Positions 27,657 through 40,880 of a stretch of DNA of 64,000 nucleotides are shown here, in pieces. Source of the DNA: Phallusia mammillata. Taxonomy: Eukaryota. Each line of letters starts with the position of its first letter. Position 1 is the first letter of the stretch. The stretch lies in NCBI GenBank assembly GCA_965637545.1, contig OZ281496.1, forward strand, positions 3,224,001 through 3,288,000. The letters are read 5' to 3'. The position numbers were made by a program, and so were the translations under genes. Under the pieces are notes generated by a model that ran no database searches, was not told the origin of the DNA, and saw only the letters and a program-made list of their open reading frames with translations.

Positions 27657-27925
27657 TTAGTTGTTTAGGGGCAGGTTTCGTTCTGGTTGCACATGGTTGT
27701 CCGGGTTTCGTTCTTCACCATCTATTTGTACTGGTTCCTCTGCTGGAGGTCCATTAGGATCGAAAACATCAAATGCAAATGGGACTAAAACATTAATCAT
27801 ATATTGCAAAATGTTTGAAATGAGTTTTAGTTACGTTGAAGACAATCATAACCTAAATTTTCCTCACCTTGATTTACACGTGGTAGAATGTGTCTATTGT
27901 CTTGATGCTGAAACCTATTCAAATC
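27657..27925 (-). CDS. Orphan micro-exon gene, copy D2 (last two exons)
   Basis: Exons 27868-27925 (DLNRFQHQDNRHILPRVNQ) and 27657-27784 (VPFAFDVFDPNGPPAEEPVQIDGEERNPDNHVQPERNLPLNN*), joined by a phase-1 intron as in D1. Confidence 0.7.
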
Positions 27926-28840
27926 CTAAAAACGAAAATATTTTAATGGTATACTTTCTCTCATTTAAGACAAAACAAAGCATAAATGCGGTGCATTGTT
28001 TTACAGCACGTTTTTGAACACCTTAACACATTTGTTGTTACCTTTGTAGCGATTACGTCATAATTTGTGCAAACTTTGCAGTAATTGTTTAGCAAATTAG
28101 CTGGTTTTACTTGCTAAATTGCTCGAGTTGATAATATTCCCTGTTACAGTTAAATTAGGAGGTTGTTCGACCTTGCTATCTGATGTTTACCCGCTTTAAT
28201 CGTATGTTTTGTATTGTGCGGTAAATTTGGCGCTGTTTTGTGTGTGAGAAAATGTGCAAGCGCCAACGGCAAAGGCATAGTTGTACAGTTAATGTCACGT
28301 GCTATGAATTTATAAAACGTACCGCTGATGTAATGGCTCATAACAGTTTTAGTCTTACTGCAGTTAACTCTTTGGCTTACTGTTCAATTACTTGCATTGA
28401 AGTAATAAACAAACGAACTGAAGTGCAAGACACGTGTGTGGAGTTTCCAGGACTTGGTCCTGACAAGCCCAGGAGCTTGGGAGATTAAGGACGGTGGTAT
28501 ACCTCTTTAATTTGTAGTGACGCGATTATAACCTTGAGACTCATCAGCGAACATAAACATTTGATCACTACAAAGTTTGGTGCCGCTTGAGTGAGGAGAA
28601 CTTACAAAAAAAATTGCTGTTTAACGAGTGATAACTTAAGAAAAGCTCTAGTGATGTCACCAAAGTTTACGACAAGCGACCGAAAGAATTACAAGATTGC
28701 CGTCGAAATTTTTGGACTGTATCTTTAAGCTGAGAAATTACAAACATTTTATTTTTTTTGCAGAAGTCTGTATTTTATGTGTTGTCATCAACGCCGACCA
28801 TTTTTGTTTCTCACCGTCCGTATCATGTTTCTATATCATC

Positions 28841-29040
28841 NNNNNNNNNNNNNNNNNNNNNNNNNNNNNNNNNNNNNNNNNNNNNNNNNNNNNNNNNNNN
28901 NNNNNNNNNNNNNNNNNNNNNNNNNNNNNNNNNNNNNNNNNNNNNNNNNNNNNNNNNNNNNNNNNNNNNNNNNNNNNNNNNNNNNNNNNNNNNNNNNNNN
29001 NNNNNNNNNNNNNNNNNNNNNNNNNNNNNNNNNNNNNNNN
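28841..29040. other. Assembly gap (200 N)
   Basis: Run of exactly 200 N. The true size is unknown. Confidence 1.
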
Positions 29041-29363
29041 TTAGTTTAGTAAGTGATTAAGAGTCATTTGAATATTTGGCACGTCACGTGTTCTGTTCGT
29101 TGTGACGCAGTACTTATTTTCACACTCATGACTGCAACCGCGATTTGAACGTGTGCACAAGATTCCTCAATAACATTATGCTAAAATTTGTTTTGACATG
29201 GAAGTTCAAAGAGACAATAAAATCTACTCACTTTTCTGGCAGCCACAAATAAATCACTAATAAAGTATGTATATAGTAATAAGTTGCATTGACAAACACA
29301 AGTAAAAAGAATCAATCAACTGAACAAACGCAGTATTATATAAGAAAATCCAATATTTGACAG

Positions 29364-32300
29364 GATCAACATCAGTGGGTGGAAGAGGTGGAAAAGTAAG
29401 CATCCAAGCAAGATCCTTGGAGGGACATGGAAACATCGCAGCATCCGGAGGAGACGGAAGCAATACTAACGGAGGAACCGGAGGAAGAATTGAAATCCGC
29501 ATCGATTCCACCCTGGATAAATATACTGGACATTTTGAAGCAGTTGGCGGTTTCTTGAACAGCAATAAAGATATCAGGTACAACATGATTTACTGCGGCA
29601 TATTTGTGTATAAATTCTCAGTTTGGGTTTGTAGAAACCAGTGCGTTTGAACAAAATGTATAAACAACTTTTTTTTTCAAATTGTAAAAACAAATTAAGA
29701 TTAAGAGCATTAATACAAAAATGAAAAACACGGCAAAACAGGTTTAAAGTATGTGTACGCTCATGTATGAAAGGTAAGGTTAAGGCAAGATATATCAGCG
29801 CTAATTACGTGGCAACCACATAGTAAAAAGAACTAAGTTTTCTTTAATTTACACTCAACGTCGTTATATTTACTATATCGTTACATAACGTTATCTTTAT
29901 TCAGTTAACATTGTATTCTAAATAAACGCATAAACTCAAAGCAAAGGGAAATACACAGTTGGATTTGATAAGTGTTTTGTTTGTAGTTATATTCTGTAGG
30001 TATAAGTGAACTATATATTACTTATTTCAACCAAAACATTTTCGCAGAGCCGCAGCTGGAATAATATACCGGTCGTATCTCTCATCGTTCGAAACGCGAG
30101 TTACCGACCTTCGATTTGACAACAAACTCTCCAGCACAGACTCTCCTTCATCATCATCAGACTGTCCCTCATCCGAGCTCTTTACCACCAAACTCTCATT
30201 AAAGTCTTCTCTCGCAGTCGACGGTGTTGTCTCCTTCACTCAAATGACCATAGCGTCCGGCGCAAGAGTCCAGTTACAAGTGGACGGTTCGAAACTGACC
30301 ACCGAGTCCCTGACTGGCAACCAAATGGGTCAGCTGATTCTGCCAGCCAATCAGAGTTTCGAAATCAAGAGTGACGTCGACTCACGTAGCGATTACGTCA
30401 TGCCGTGTGCGGTACGTGTGGATGTGGGAGCGATGCTTGTTGTTCCAAATCGGTTAAGGATTTCCGAGTCGACCTCTAGCGCTTGCAGTTGTAAATACGA
30501 TATGGAGCTACGTGGTAAGCTGGCTGGAGTCAGGTACCTCACTGTTGGTAACAGCGCTCGTACCCTATTCGCCACCACAGCAAGCGTTTTGGTTTTTGCC
30601 GACGACACCAGCACCACCGGAGAAAAGATTACGCTGTCGGCCCTTACTTTGCTTCCAGAGTCGACTCTTTCTCTTGGCGTTGAAGTCATCTACGACAAAG
30701 TGGTTGTGCCTTCAAACCAGGTCACTCTCGAGGTGTATGAGTCTTTGGACGTACGGTACGGGGCGACGCTCCTGTCTTCAGATCTGTTTATCCAGACACC
30801 GAACATCACTGTATCCTACGGCGGTCGCATATCTGTGGACGGCTTCGGTAACATACCAGGACATGGACTAGGATCCTACCCGGATTCGAATACCGATTTA
30901 GTGCGCGGTGGTAGCCACGCTGGCTGCGGCGGTGTTTCGGATCCCAAGGGTTCGACTGATATCGCTTCGTGGTGCAAAGTGTACGGTGATGTGAAAGCTG
31001 CGAAATTGCCTGGAAGTGGTGGTGAAAAGTATACCACGGGCCCTGGTCTGCTTTGTGACGCTGCCGTTGACACAGACGAAGCTTGTGGACTGAAGGCTAA
31101 AGCTGGATCAGGCGGAGGCCGCATTCTTATCGACGCCACTTACTTGCGAATGGACGGTGTTGTCAGTAGCAACGGAGAGCAAGGTCATATCGGTACAGAT
31201 GTGAAAATCGGAGGCGGAAGTGGAGGTTCTGTTCATATCACAATCAGCGACACTTTCAGGGGCACTGGATCTTTTGAAGCCGCTGGCGGACACGGCATTG
31301 TTGACCAAAGCGGAAGGCTTGGAGTGGGTGGCGGTGCTGGTGGCCGGGTTTCTATTGTCCTAACTACAGCTTCTCTCTTCACTGGCACGTACTCTGTGCA
31401 CGGAGGTAGTCTGGACTCTACAGCTCGCTCTGGTGGCCCTGGAACCATCTTTATCGAAGACAGAAGAGTGAATGAAGATACTGGTGTGAGATCCGTTTAC
31501 AAAGTCCTGATTATTGACAACTTGCCAGTTGAAGCGTCTGACAATGGTTTGTACTCAACTGTTATATATTTGCTAGAATTTGACAAAATTATCATGAAAT
31601 GTATGTAACATAGGCGGAATCAAGAAGGAAACAACTGAAGATGTTTACGACCCCACTGTTCAACGCCCTGTTATGATTTTGAACGAAACTGTTGGGAATG
31701 GCGTGTACGATTACGACGACTTGTTCGTTTTAAGTTCGGTGCATTTGCTGATTGAAGGAGTTGATGTGACTGCAAGGGTATGTTACCAATCGAGTGGGTT
31801 AAAAAGGAATATTTTCCCCTGTGGCGACCATATTAAGTTTATGCACAGAACCTGCTTTTCTAGTTTTTCCTACTGTTATTTATCACCCAAACCAGTAGTT
31901 CTCAAACTGTGCGTCGCGACGCCCTGGTGCGTCGTTTCATTTTTTCCAAGGGCGGCGCAGAACAGTTCCGTTTCGTGGCTTTTTGTTGTTGTATCAATAA
32001 ACACAACTTTAATAATAAGTTTCCTCATTAACTTTTATTTGCTGGCGCGCGTCACAAGCCCAGAAAACTTTTCCAGAGGCGTCGCAACAAAAATAAGTTT
32101 AAGAACCACTGACCTAAACTAAGCATAACATTTTTGTGGTAAACTTAAATTCCGTGGTGTCAAATTTTACTTCCACAAAGAACCTATAACTTAGGTGTTT
32201 ATCCACGTTTAGTGGCGTTTTGGGGTTCCACGGTGAGATAAACAACTTTAAGGTACGATATTTTTAAGTACCAAAGTTCACCTTATTTGGCACATTTTGC

Positions 32301-35300
32301 TAAATCCTTATTCTTGCAGATTGGTTAATTTCTTAACACGCTTGTTACCAACACTTTACTCAAGTTGGCACCTTAGATATGGAGTGAAGTAACACTTTCG
32401 ATTTTTTTGTCGCAAAGGTAAAACGGCTGCACAGCGAAAGTTCAGCTTTGATCGAATTGCAAGATGACCAGATTCTAATACTTGAAGACAATCCTCTGAA
32501 TCAAGTTCTGTCGTGCAGCCTGCACCTTTCAGCTGGTGCAGAACTGAGACTTCCTCCATCTGTTGCCATGCAAGGACCGGATAACAAGATAGCAGGTAAC
32601 AGAGGGAATTGTTTTAGTAGATACCGTATTTGGACATCCGTTTGTAATACAAATAAAACTAAACACTAAAAAAGGCCGAAAAAAATTAAGAAAATTAAAA
32701 AAGGAACGGCTTTATGAGTTTTGTTAAAGACAAGATTTTGTTTTGTACAAAAAATACAAGACTTAGATGTAAACCTATGATAAAGAGCTCAATATAAGTC
32801 CATTGTTTCATTTAGTAACTTACATAATTTATCTAATTATCGTTTTGTGTACCACAGGTCTTTTGACCAATGTGTTTGAGATGGTGGTCAGCAGTGGTCA
32901 GTCGGTTGCCTTCTCCGGCACTGGACGAACTGGCACATTTGTGGATGGTCAGTACGGTTCACTGACCAAGCCTGGAGTCTACGCATTTTCCAAACTTACC
33001 ATCAAGGATCTCGCCACTGTTATGTTCGATCAAGGAGAAAACTCAGGCACCGAGAACCCAATGAGAATAGGTACGTGTATTCATGAGTTTGGAAAACAGA
33101 GTTTGCTATTGATATGTGGCACAAAGGGTTAGCAAATATTCAAAGCAAAACTCTGCAAAAATGCGAAAGACAAATAACAACAAAATTAACTGAAAAACTT
33201 AGCTTCTGATCTTAAATTTAGTTAAGGTTAGGAATAAAGTGTTTTAAAACGCTGTACTTGTTTAACTGGTAATTCAAATACCTGTGCTTTTTACGCCATC
33301 TATCGGTATTTAGCAAACTTTGTGTGGTCTGTGTCCTTTCTTCAGTATCTCTACGATTGTGCTTAGTTTTAATAAACCTTACTATATCGTCATATTTTGA
33401 AACCAACATAGCAGTTCTAATCTGAAATGCTACAGGCACGTTAAAATTGTTCAATACTGATAAGATAGATCTCTTAAATGTTTTTACCACCTATATTGCT
33501 ATTAGGGATGCGCCGAGCCGAGCCAGAACCCGAGTACTCGGTACCGAGCATCGCTATTTTTGATGCTCGGTGCTCGGCCGAGCAGTTGCACAAACTGACC
33601 CGAGCATTAAATTTGCATATTCATGCCCTGCTAACATAGGTAACTAGTGTTCGAAAGGGTGTCTATGAACAAAAACAAATGATTTTTCAAATGTATTAGA
33701 TTGTTGAAAAACGTGTACTTCTGAGGCCTGTACAGCTTAATACACCGCTGGTGACGTAAGAGGCCTTGTAGAGCTAAAACTTAGAAAGGGGATTTTTTGT
33801 GACGTCATAATGCATCAAGCGTGCTCGGCCGAGCACCGTGCATTAACGTGAGATGCTCGGTGCTCGACCAAACAGAACATTTGCAATTTTGGCACATCCC
33901 TAATTGCTATACTTACCGCTTGTTTTGTAGGTTCCTTGGAGATATTCTATGGAGGACGGCTGCTCGGTAAAATCCTGGCTATCCAAGGTAACGACATGAC
34001 GCTTCATGCTGGTTCTTCCATCGATGTTTCGGGAGGTGGATTTGAATCAGGCCTTGGTCCTGGTCGCGGATCGCAGGTATATACTTTAGAAGTACTAAAG
34101 GAATGTCTTGAGTCAGCCCTTCTGGAAATATATGACAAGCATTCAACGGATAATAACACACGGCAGAGTTGTTAACGGGCCTGAAATTGGAGCCCGAACC
34201 CAGCCGGAAAGCCGGCTTTCGGGCCCGTTTAGGCCCGTAAGTTTTCTTTACAGGAAAGACTAAGACAACAAACACAAGAGACATCTGGTCTTGAACAAGG
34301 CGTTTTATGGCTGTTTGCCAACTGGCTACTTAGCTAGTTAAATAAATTGTGTGCCCGCTTCAAAAACACAATCCATCAAGACCAATATTTAAACGTCTAA
34401 AACCTGCCCTTTTTGACTATTAGTATTATTAACACATTTGTAGATTAACAACGTTGGATTTGGAGCTGGACATGCGGGTTATGGAGGTTATGATCCAAAC
34501 TCAGACCCACAAACACCTGGAGCATGGTACGGTCAATTATCATCTGTTACACAACCTGGAAGTGGAGGAGGAAAGTCATCTACAGGAAACGGAGGAACAG
34601 GAGGAGGACTTCTCACTATTGTAGTCAGCAATGTATTGGAACTTGAAGGTATGTGAACTGTTAAATTTTACCATTGATTTGCGTACGCCATTTCTCGGTT
34701 TCTGTTCGGTTAAGTTTGCCTATTTTATTTCTATTTGGCCTGTTCTTAAATTAAGCTTGCAATGGTTAAACGGTAACTTATATTACATGAATAAATAGAA
34801 TAACTGCAGGATTTAAAGTGATAGAAATAGTAATGATATAATTTTGCCACTATAATCTGTGGTTCAAAACATCATAGTCGGCAACGAAAACATAGTTAAC
34901 GAGTAATCTAGAATCTTAAACATAAATACAGCACATTTTTATTATTTGTTGTTAGGAACTGACATGGTTTTGAATCTCGTTTGGCACAACGTTTTGACTT
35001 GTTAGGCAATCAATTTTTTTCTAGTTTATTTTGTTTAAATCAAGTTTTTTTATGGGCAAAAATGTCGCCTACCCGTAGACAGGTTAAAGCATTTTTATCT
35101 GTAACACTTTCATGTGGAACTGTAAATGCTTTACACTCAAAATAGGATCAATCATTTCTGATGCGACACACGGAGTTGCAGCGCACTCTGGTGGAGGAAG
35201 CGGGGGTGGAGTCTCCATTAAAGCTGATTCACTTACTGGACACGGTCACATGTCGGCTCGTGGTGGAAACGGAAACGGAGAAGGAACTGGTGGAAGTGGA

Positions 35301-37796
35301 GGAAGAATTACTGTTGACTTGACACAAAAGTATGGGGTCTTATTGAAGCAATAGTTTGTGTTTGCCTGAGGATATTTACTCACGATAGACGAAATTTGAT
35401 GGGATTAGTTGCAAATCTAGGAACAAATGGCTTACTAACCTGCAAGCTTTTAAAAACGTCCGCACAATGATCCATAACTTGAGCATAATGTGTTTCTGAT
35501 CTTTACTAAGTTAAACATAGACGCTGTTTATGTTATAACATGAAACCAATCAGTTTGTAAATTTTAAGCATGTGCGCATCTGTGAAACGTGCTCTAAGCA
35601 GAATTTCCAAATGTCTTTTTCGCTGGTCATTCTGCATAGCCATGCGTTGAAAATATACTGCTTAATCATGTAAATAAAAGCTGCTGAATCACGTCTTAAA
35701 AATATATTATTGCAATAACATACACCTGGCTTTGTTTAGATGGAGCTTCAAGGGAACAACTGCGCTTTCTGGTGGTAACAGTCCACTTAATGCTTACTCC
35801 GGTGCAGCTGGAACACTGTACGTTCGTGATCTCATTGGCAAAGTGGGAAGCACCAGACAAGTTACATTTGACGCCCGAAACCTCAACGACGCACTCAAGG
35901 ATGTTGCACCAAGTGTTATCGACACTTCTAATGCATCCTCTTATCATATCGATAAGATTACTATGCTTGGTACTAAAACAGTAGTTGTTGGATATTTGGT
36001 AAAAGCGTTAACATATGTTTTTTTAAGTTCAATACTTTTGCAAGTTACATGAATGTGATAAAATGGTTCTGTCAGGGTTGTAAGTCGGATCGAGATTTTC
36101 GTGTCGGGTTCAGGCTTGTTGTAATAATCAGTACTTGATTCGGGCCTAACTTTGCACTAGTCTTTTTTGTGCACAATTTTCACAACGTCTTGGTCCAATT
36201 CGGGCCTTTTTGAATAGAAACGGCTTTGGGTGGGTTTCGGGCTTATACCATCGGGTTCGGGCGCAAACATGCCCGCTTAAAACTAGGTTGTATTTTATTG
36301 CCATCGTTTACACTTAATTGCTTGTAGGCAATGTCCGAGTTAAGATCAGCGCCGATAACACTGAGTTGATTGTTGACGAAATATCTTCAAGCGGCGTTGG
36401 ATGGATAGAAGTGGATCCCACACACAAGTGGACGATTTCACCAAAACTTGCAGAACTTCGAATCACGTTTAATATGTTGGTCCAAGGTTCAGTGCTTTTC
36501 CCTGACACTCTCACTATCCATGGAACGAAGATTACTCTCGAAGGTAAAATGATTTAATGGGTTACAATTACTTGGGCAATGTTCTTAGTAAAATTACACA
36601 GTTAGTGTTTGGGTTTCTGCAAGAGCTCCGTTACGAATCTAGATGCAAAACGCAAGGATTTTTTTACACACCTTTGGTCCGCAATGTGTTAGTTTTTTGC
36701 CACTTTTGTGTGTTATGCATGCTTTTGCGATTTTGCTACCGACGAGTCCGTTTAGTTGCAAACCGGATTATCGCACGAAAATGCTTGTCAAATTGGAGTT
36801 GCTATTACTAGAACTGCGTTGTTTTTACCAAAAGCAAGGTCAAAAGCTACAGATACGTGTTTATAAAGCAGTATTCCTTTTATGTTCAAATGCTTTGGTA
36901 GTCTTAGAACCATATGTAATTATACTTAAAATACCGTTTTTTTTCTACTTGTCTGTATTGTTTATTTTAGGTAATCTCACCACATCCAACATTATCCTTG
37001 ACGACAAATCTTCACTTCACCTTGCTAAAACCTCTCTACTCGCATCCGCACAACAAGCAGAGGAAAGCACATGCCATTCCATCAGCACCTTTACAGCCAA
37101 GAGAGGATCTCACTTCACAGTTGAAAACCACTTCTGTCTTGCTGTCAACGAGTTTACACTCAAGAGCGGCGTCAACGTTGAGTTTGAGTCGATCGATTTG
37201 AGTGCAGCCAAAGCAACGCTCGAGCTCGACTCAGGCATGAGTGTAAGCGGTAAATCCTCAACTCAAGTCCCGTTGGAGCATCTTCCCGATGTAGCAACCA
37301 GCGGAACGGAAGACTTCGCTGGAGGTGTACATGCTAGCTTGGGAGGTGGCTGGTATCTGAAAACCGAACCACAGTGTCTTGTCCCACCAAGCTCTTACAA
37401 ACAACCCACCACTGCAGGTTTCGCTGGCCGAGGTACAGCGACCAGCAACGCCGGTTCAACAATAAGAATCAAAGCGCACTCTTTACGTGTTGACGGCAGT
37501 CTTCACGCTGATGGCTCTGATGTTCTTATCTCTTCGGGATTCCCTGCGGATGCAAGTAAAGGAGCGGGAGCAGGATCGGGAGGAAGCGTCTGGCTTACTG
37601 TGTCCGGATCCCTGGATGGATGCGGAGCAATTTCAACTGATGGTGGTTCATGTAAGATCGACGGATACTCGAGCCTTTCTTCCTCGGAGAGATCGAGACT
37701 GGCAACAGTTGCAACATCACGTTGCGGGTCTGGCAGCGGAGGAAGGATTGCGACTCACGTTAAGAGATCGGAAAACCGATTCTCCGGAAAGTACAG
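29364..37796 (+). CDS. Internal fragment of a giant uncharacterised Gly-rich repeat protein (probably extracellular, beta-rich)
   Basis: Eleven phase-consistent exons: 29364-29577, 30048-31546, 31614-31777, 32418-32595, 32858-33070, 33931-34076, 34444-34648, 35146-35329, 35740-35969, 36328-36543, 36971-37796 (4075 nt, open). The module GGxHxGxGG...YG...PGSGG...GGGxI...DG...GGGSGGS...GxG...AxGG...GGxGGRI...GxxGTxY/F recurs four times. Confidence 0.88.
31893..32111. mobile_element. hAT-type MITE (intronic)
   Basis: TIRs CAGTAGTTCTCAAACT / AGTTTAAGAACCACTG; 8-bp TSD ACCCAAAC / ACCTAAAC. Confidence 0.8.
33503..33902. mobile_element. hAT-type MITE (intronic)
   Basis: TIRs TAGGGATG / CATCCCTA, subterminal CCGAG/CTCGG repeats, perfect 8-bp TSD ATTGCTAT. 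Confidence 0.88.
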
Positions 37797-37849
37797 GTAT
37801 GTAACTGAAATATGACTAAGTATTGCTCATCCAGCAGTTTTATTGTAAA

Positions 37850-37899
37850 CAATCGACGTTTCGACGTCCTATACAAGACGCCTTCATCAGGATAATGAC
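37850..37899 (-). ncRNA. Minimal type I hammerhead ribozyme (family 3), inverted copy
   Basis: Exact reverse complement of 38231-38280. Confidence 0.8.
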
Positions 37900-38230
37900 A
37901 TAACTTGCAGGACAAATTTCTTTTAAAGCGACAAAATGCAAACCACACACATGTAAAACAGCGATAACAAGATCACGCGGCTGCAAACTCGCACCACCGT
38001 AGCGATAAAACAAGCTCAGTGGTGTAAAAGCGACCGATAATTTATCGGCATTAGAACATCTGTTTTAACGTTCATTGTGTTGGCGCGTGAATGGATGTTC
38101 CAAGACTCTAGGAAACTTCGCTTGTGAAAATCAGTTTCCTTCACCAACACTTGAGCAGCAGAAAAGTTAATGCTGTGATGGTGAGTGGTTGCATTTTGTC
38201 GCTTTAAAAGAAATTTGTCCTGCAAGTTAT

Positions 38231-38280
38231 GTCATTATCCTGATGAAGGCGTCTTGTATAGGACGTCGAAACGTCGATTG
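38231..38280 (+). ncRNA. Minimal type I hammerhead ribozyme (family 3), 5' pLTR
   Basis: CTGATGA 38240-38246, stem II GGCGTCTT-GTAT-AGGACGTC, GAAA 38268-38271, palindromic ACGT, predicted cleavage after GTC at 38275. Confidence 0.82.
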
Positions 38281-38323
38281 TTTACAATAAAACTGCTGGA
38301 TGAGCAATACTTAGTCATACATT

Positions 38324-40714
38324 ATGCCTGGCAGCAATAGCTTATTTCATGAATTTAAAGGTCTGTATGGACCCAGCGTCCTTTCGCAGTTGCGGAAATA
38401 CGTTGATCTAAGACGTAGCATTGTGAGACACAAGATGCACTTATTTTTCAACCATAGATGCCTTAGTGACAATGTGTTGCCTCGGTCGCTTCGGTTCAGA
38501 TCGCCTCATAATTCGGCCGCGGGTAAAAAGATAATGTGGAAATGCGGAATGGCCTTCATTCGACTGCGCATAGGCCTTTCTCACCATCGGATAAGGGAAT
38601 GCTCTGAGCTCTCAGAAGAACTTTTGCTCAGATTAGCCGCAATTCTTTCACACCATCACATGTGTCGCTTTGAACTGTATGTTAAATCGGGTAACGAAGC
38701 CCTTCAACGCCAACTTACGATTAACACGGAACGTCATCTCTGTTCGATTGTCCCAAAACGCCAGGAAGCCGTAAATGCAACCGGACAGCTTCAGAAGAAA
38801 AATTGGGTCGTTAATCTGTCCAGCTATCAGCCGAACGAAGTGGAGCTAAAGGTCCTGCAACTAGGAACCAACTTTGCAGTGGCACCAAGAACAGTTCCAA
38901 AGGCAAGTATGCTGGCCTGTGTTGAAAAGGGTATTTATTCTTTGCCGTTGCATGTCAAAAATCTAATACAAAGCAAGCTTGTTAATTGCATTAAAAGTCA
39001 CAGGGGCAATCCTTGTAATCTTACGACATCCGAGCGTCGTGCAGTCACAGATCTAAAAGCCAATGACGACATTACCATTTTACCAGCAGACAAAGGTAAT
39101 AGTACCGTTATTTTGGACCGCAAGGTTTATGAAGACAAAATCCACGAGCTTTTGCATGATTCAAGCACGTACAAGAAACTGCCACGTGACCCGACCCGAA
39201 GAACGGAACAAGTTCTTAACAAGTTTGTTGGTGTTTTGCACAAGGAGAAGAACTGTATTTCAGATGCGATGTTCCATCACTTGCACAGCACAGATGGTTC
39301 TGCTCCAAGGTTATATGGATTGCCGAAAGTCCACAAGAAGAATGTACCTCTTCGTCCAATCGTGTCGTTCATCGGAAGCCCCACTTACAACCTAGCCAAG
39401 TATTTGGCTCGAATTTTAGCGCCGTTGATCGGAAACACGGAATTTACCGTCAGAAATTCTGCAGAGTTTGTAAAATCTTTGAATGCGCAACAATCATTGA
39501 GTGAAGACGAAACGTTGGTTTCATTTGATGTTACTTCACTGTTTACCAACGTACCAATCGACCTAGCATTGGAAATAACCAAGTCACGGTTACTCGATGA
39601 TTACAGCTTTAAAGACAGGACCACATGGACACATGAAGACATACATAGAGGTCTGGAGATTTGCTTGCAACAAACTTACTTCAGATTCAGAGGTTCCTTT
39701 TACAAGCAAATGTATGGCACGGCCATGGGCTCTCCTGTGTCAGTGGCCGTTGCCAACATGGTCATGGAGTCTGTGGAGGAACGCGCCTTGCAAACTTTTG
39801 ACAAACCACCACGATTTTGGCGACGATATGTAGATGATACATTCTGTATCATTCATAAACACCGGGTAACAGAGTTTCTACGACATTTAAACAATGTGCA
39901 ACGAGGAATTGCGTTCACTATGGAATTGGAAAGCAAGAACCGGCTTCCTTTCCTAGATGTGGAAATTTTGAAAGCGGCGGATGGTAAACTTTCCACGCGT
40001 GTGTACCACAAGCCGACCAGTACCATGCGCTATTTACACTTCACATCCCATCATCCTTTGTACCAGAAAAGGGCTGTTGTCAAAGCACTTAAAGACCAGG
40101 CCAGACGCTTGACGACAGACCCAGCATTGCTTCAGGCGGAGTTGCACAGGGTAAATGAGGCCCTGCGGTTAAATGGCTACCCGAACTGGATTCTCCGTGA
40201 TCACAAAAAGATTTCACGGAAAGAAATCCAGTACAAAGAACGTGCCTTCGTCACCTTACCTTACATACCAAGGTTAACAGACATAATCCGTCGTATGTTG
40301 ACCGATTTCGGAGTATCGGTTGGGATCAAACCAGCAAACACCCTACGCCAGATGCTGTCGCACCCAAAAGATCCTCTAGATGCTACTGCAACTAGGGGTG
40401 TGGTGTATGCTATACCGTGCGGGGAGTGTGACGAAATATACATCGGTGAGACTGGTAGAAGTCTAAATACGCGCCGGAAGGAGCACGAAAGGGATGTGGG
40501 CAAGAAGGATGCGAAGAAATCAGCGTTGGCAAACCATGCAACCACTCACCATCACAGCATTAACTTTTCTGCTGCTCAAGTGTTGGTGAAGGAAACTGAT
40601 TTTCACAAGCGAAGTTTCCTAGAGTCTTGGAACATCCATTCACGCGCCAACACAATGAACGTTAAAACAGATGTTCTAATGCCGATAAATTATCGGTCGC
40701 TTTTACACCACTGA
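38324..40714 (+). CDS. PLE polyprotein: reverse transcriptase plus C-terminal GIY-YIG endonuclease (796 aa, Penelope/Poseidon-like)
   Basis: LYGLPKVHK, PLRPIVS, SFDVTSLFTNVP, GTAMGSP, RYVDDTF, FLDV and GVVYAIPCGECDEIYIGETGR..RRKEH in one uninterrupted frame. Confidence 0.95.
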   Translation: MPGSNSLFHEFKGLYGPSVLSQLRKYVDLRRSIVRHKMHLFFNHRCLSDNVLPRSLRFRSPHNSAAGKKIMWKCGMAFIRLRIGLSHHRIRECSELSEELLLRLAAILSHHHMCRFELYVKSGNEALQRQLTINTERHLCSIVPKRQEAVNATGQLQKKNWVVNLSSYQPNEVELKVLQLGTNFAVAPRTVPKASMLACVEKGIYSLPLHVKNLIQSKLVNCIKSHRGNPCNLTTSERRAVTDLKANDDITILPADKGNSTVILDRKVYEDKIHELLHDSSTYKKLPRDPTRRTEQVLNKFVGVLHKEKNCISDAMFHHLHSTDGSAPRLYGLPKVHKKNVPLRPIVSFIGSPTYNLAKYLARILAPLIGNTEFTVRNSAEFVKSLNAQQSLSEDETLVSFDVTSLFTNVPIDLALEITKSRLLDDYSFKDRTTWTHEDIHRGLEICLQQTYFRFRGSFYKQMYGTAMGSPVSVAVANMVMESVEERALQTFDKPPRFWRRYVDDTFCIIHKHRVTEFLRHLNNVQRGIAFTMELESKNRLPFLDVEILKAADGKLSTRVYHKPTSTMRYLHFTSHHPLYQKRAVVKALKDQARRLTTDPALLQAELHRVNEALRLNGYPNWILRDHKKISRKEIQYKERAFVTLPYIPRLTDIIRRMLTDFGVSVGIKPANTLRQMLSHPKDPLDATATRGVVYAIPCGECDEIYIGETGRSLNTRRKEHERDVGKKDAKKSALANHATTHHHSINFSAAQVLVKETDFHKRSFLESWNIHSRANTMNVKTDVLMPINYRSLLHH

Positions 40715-40830
40715 GCTTGTTTTATCGCTACGGTGGTGCGAGTTTGCAGCCGCGTGATCTTGTTATCGCTGTTTTACATGTGTGTGGTTTGCATTTTGTC
40801 GCTTTAAAAGAAATTTGTCCTGCAAGTTAT

Positions 40831-40880
40831 GTCATTATCCTGATGAAGGCGTCTTGTATAGGACGTCGAAACGTCGATTG
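40831..40880 (+). ncRNA. Minimal type I hammerhead ribozyme (family 3), 3' pLTR
   Basis: Identical to 38231-38280. Confidence 0.82.

Noticed and set aside
36643-36970. N-terminal 110 codons of the listed 390-aa ORF as real coding sequence
   Set aside because: This is an intronic open stretch. The true exon starts at the acceptor at 36971, in the phase required by the preceding exon.
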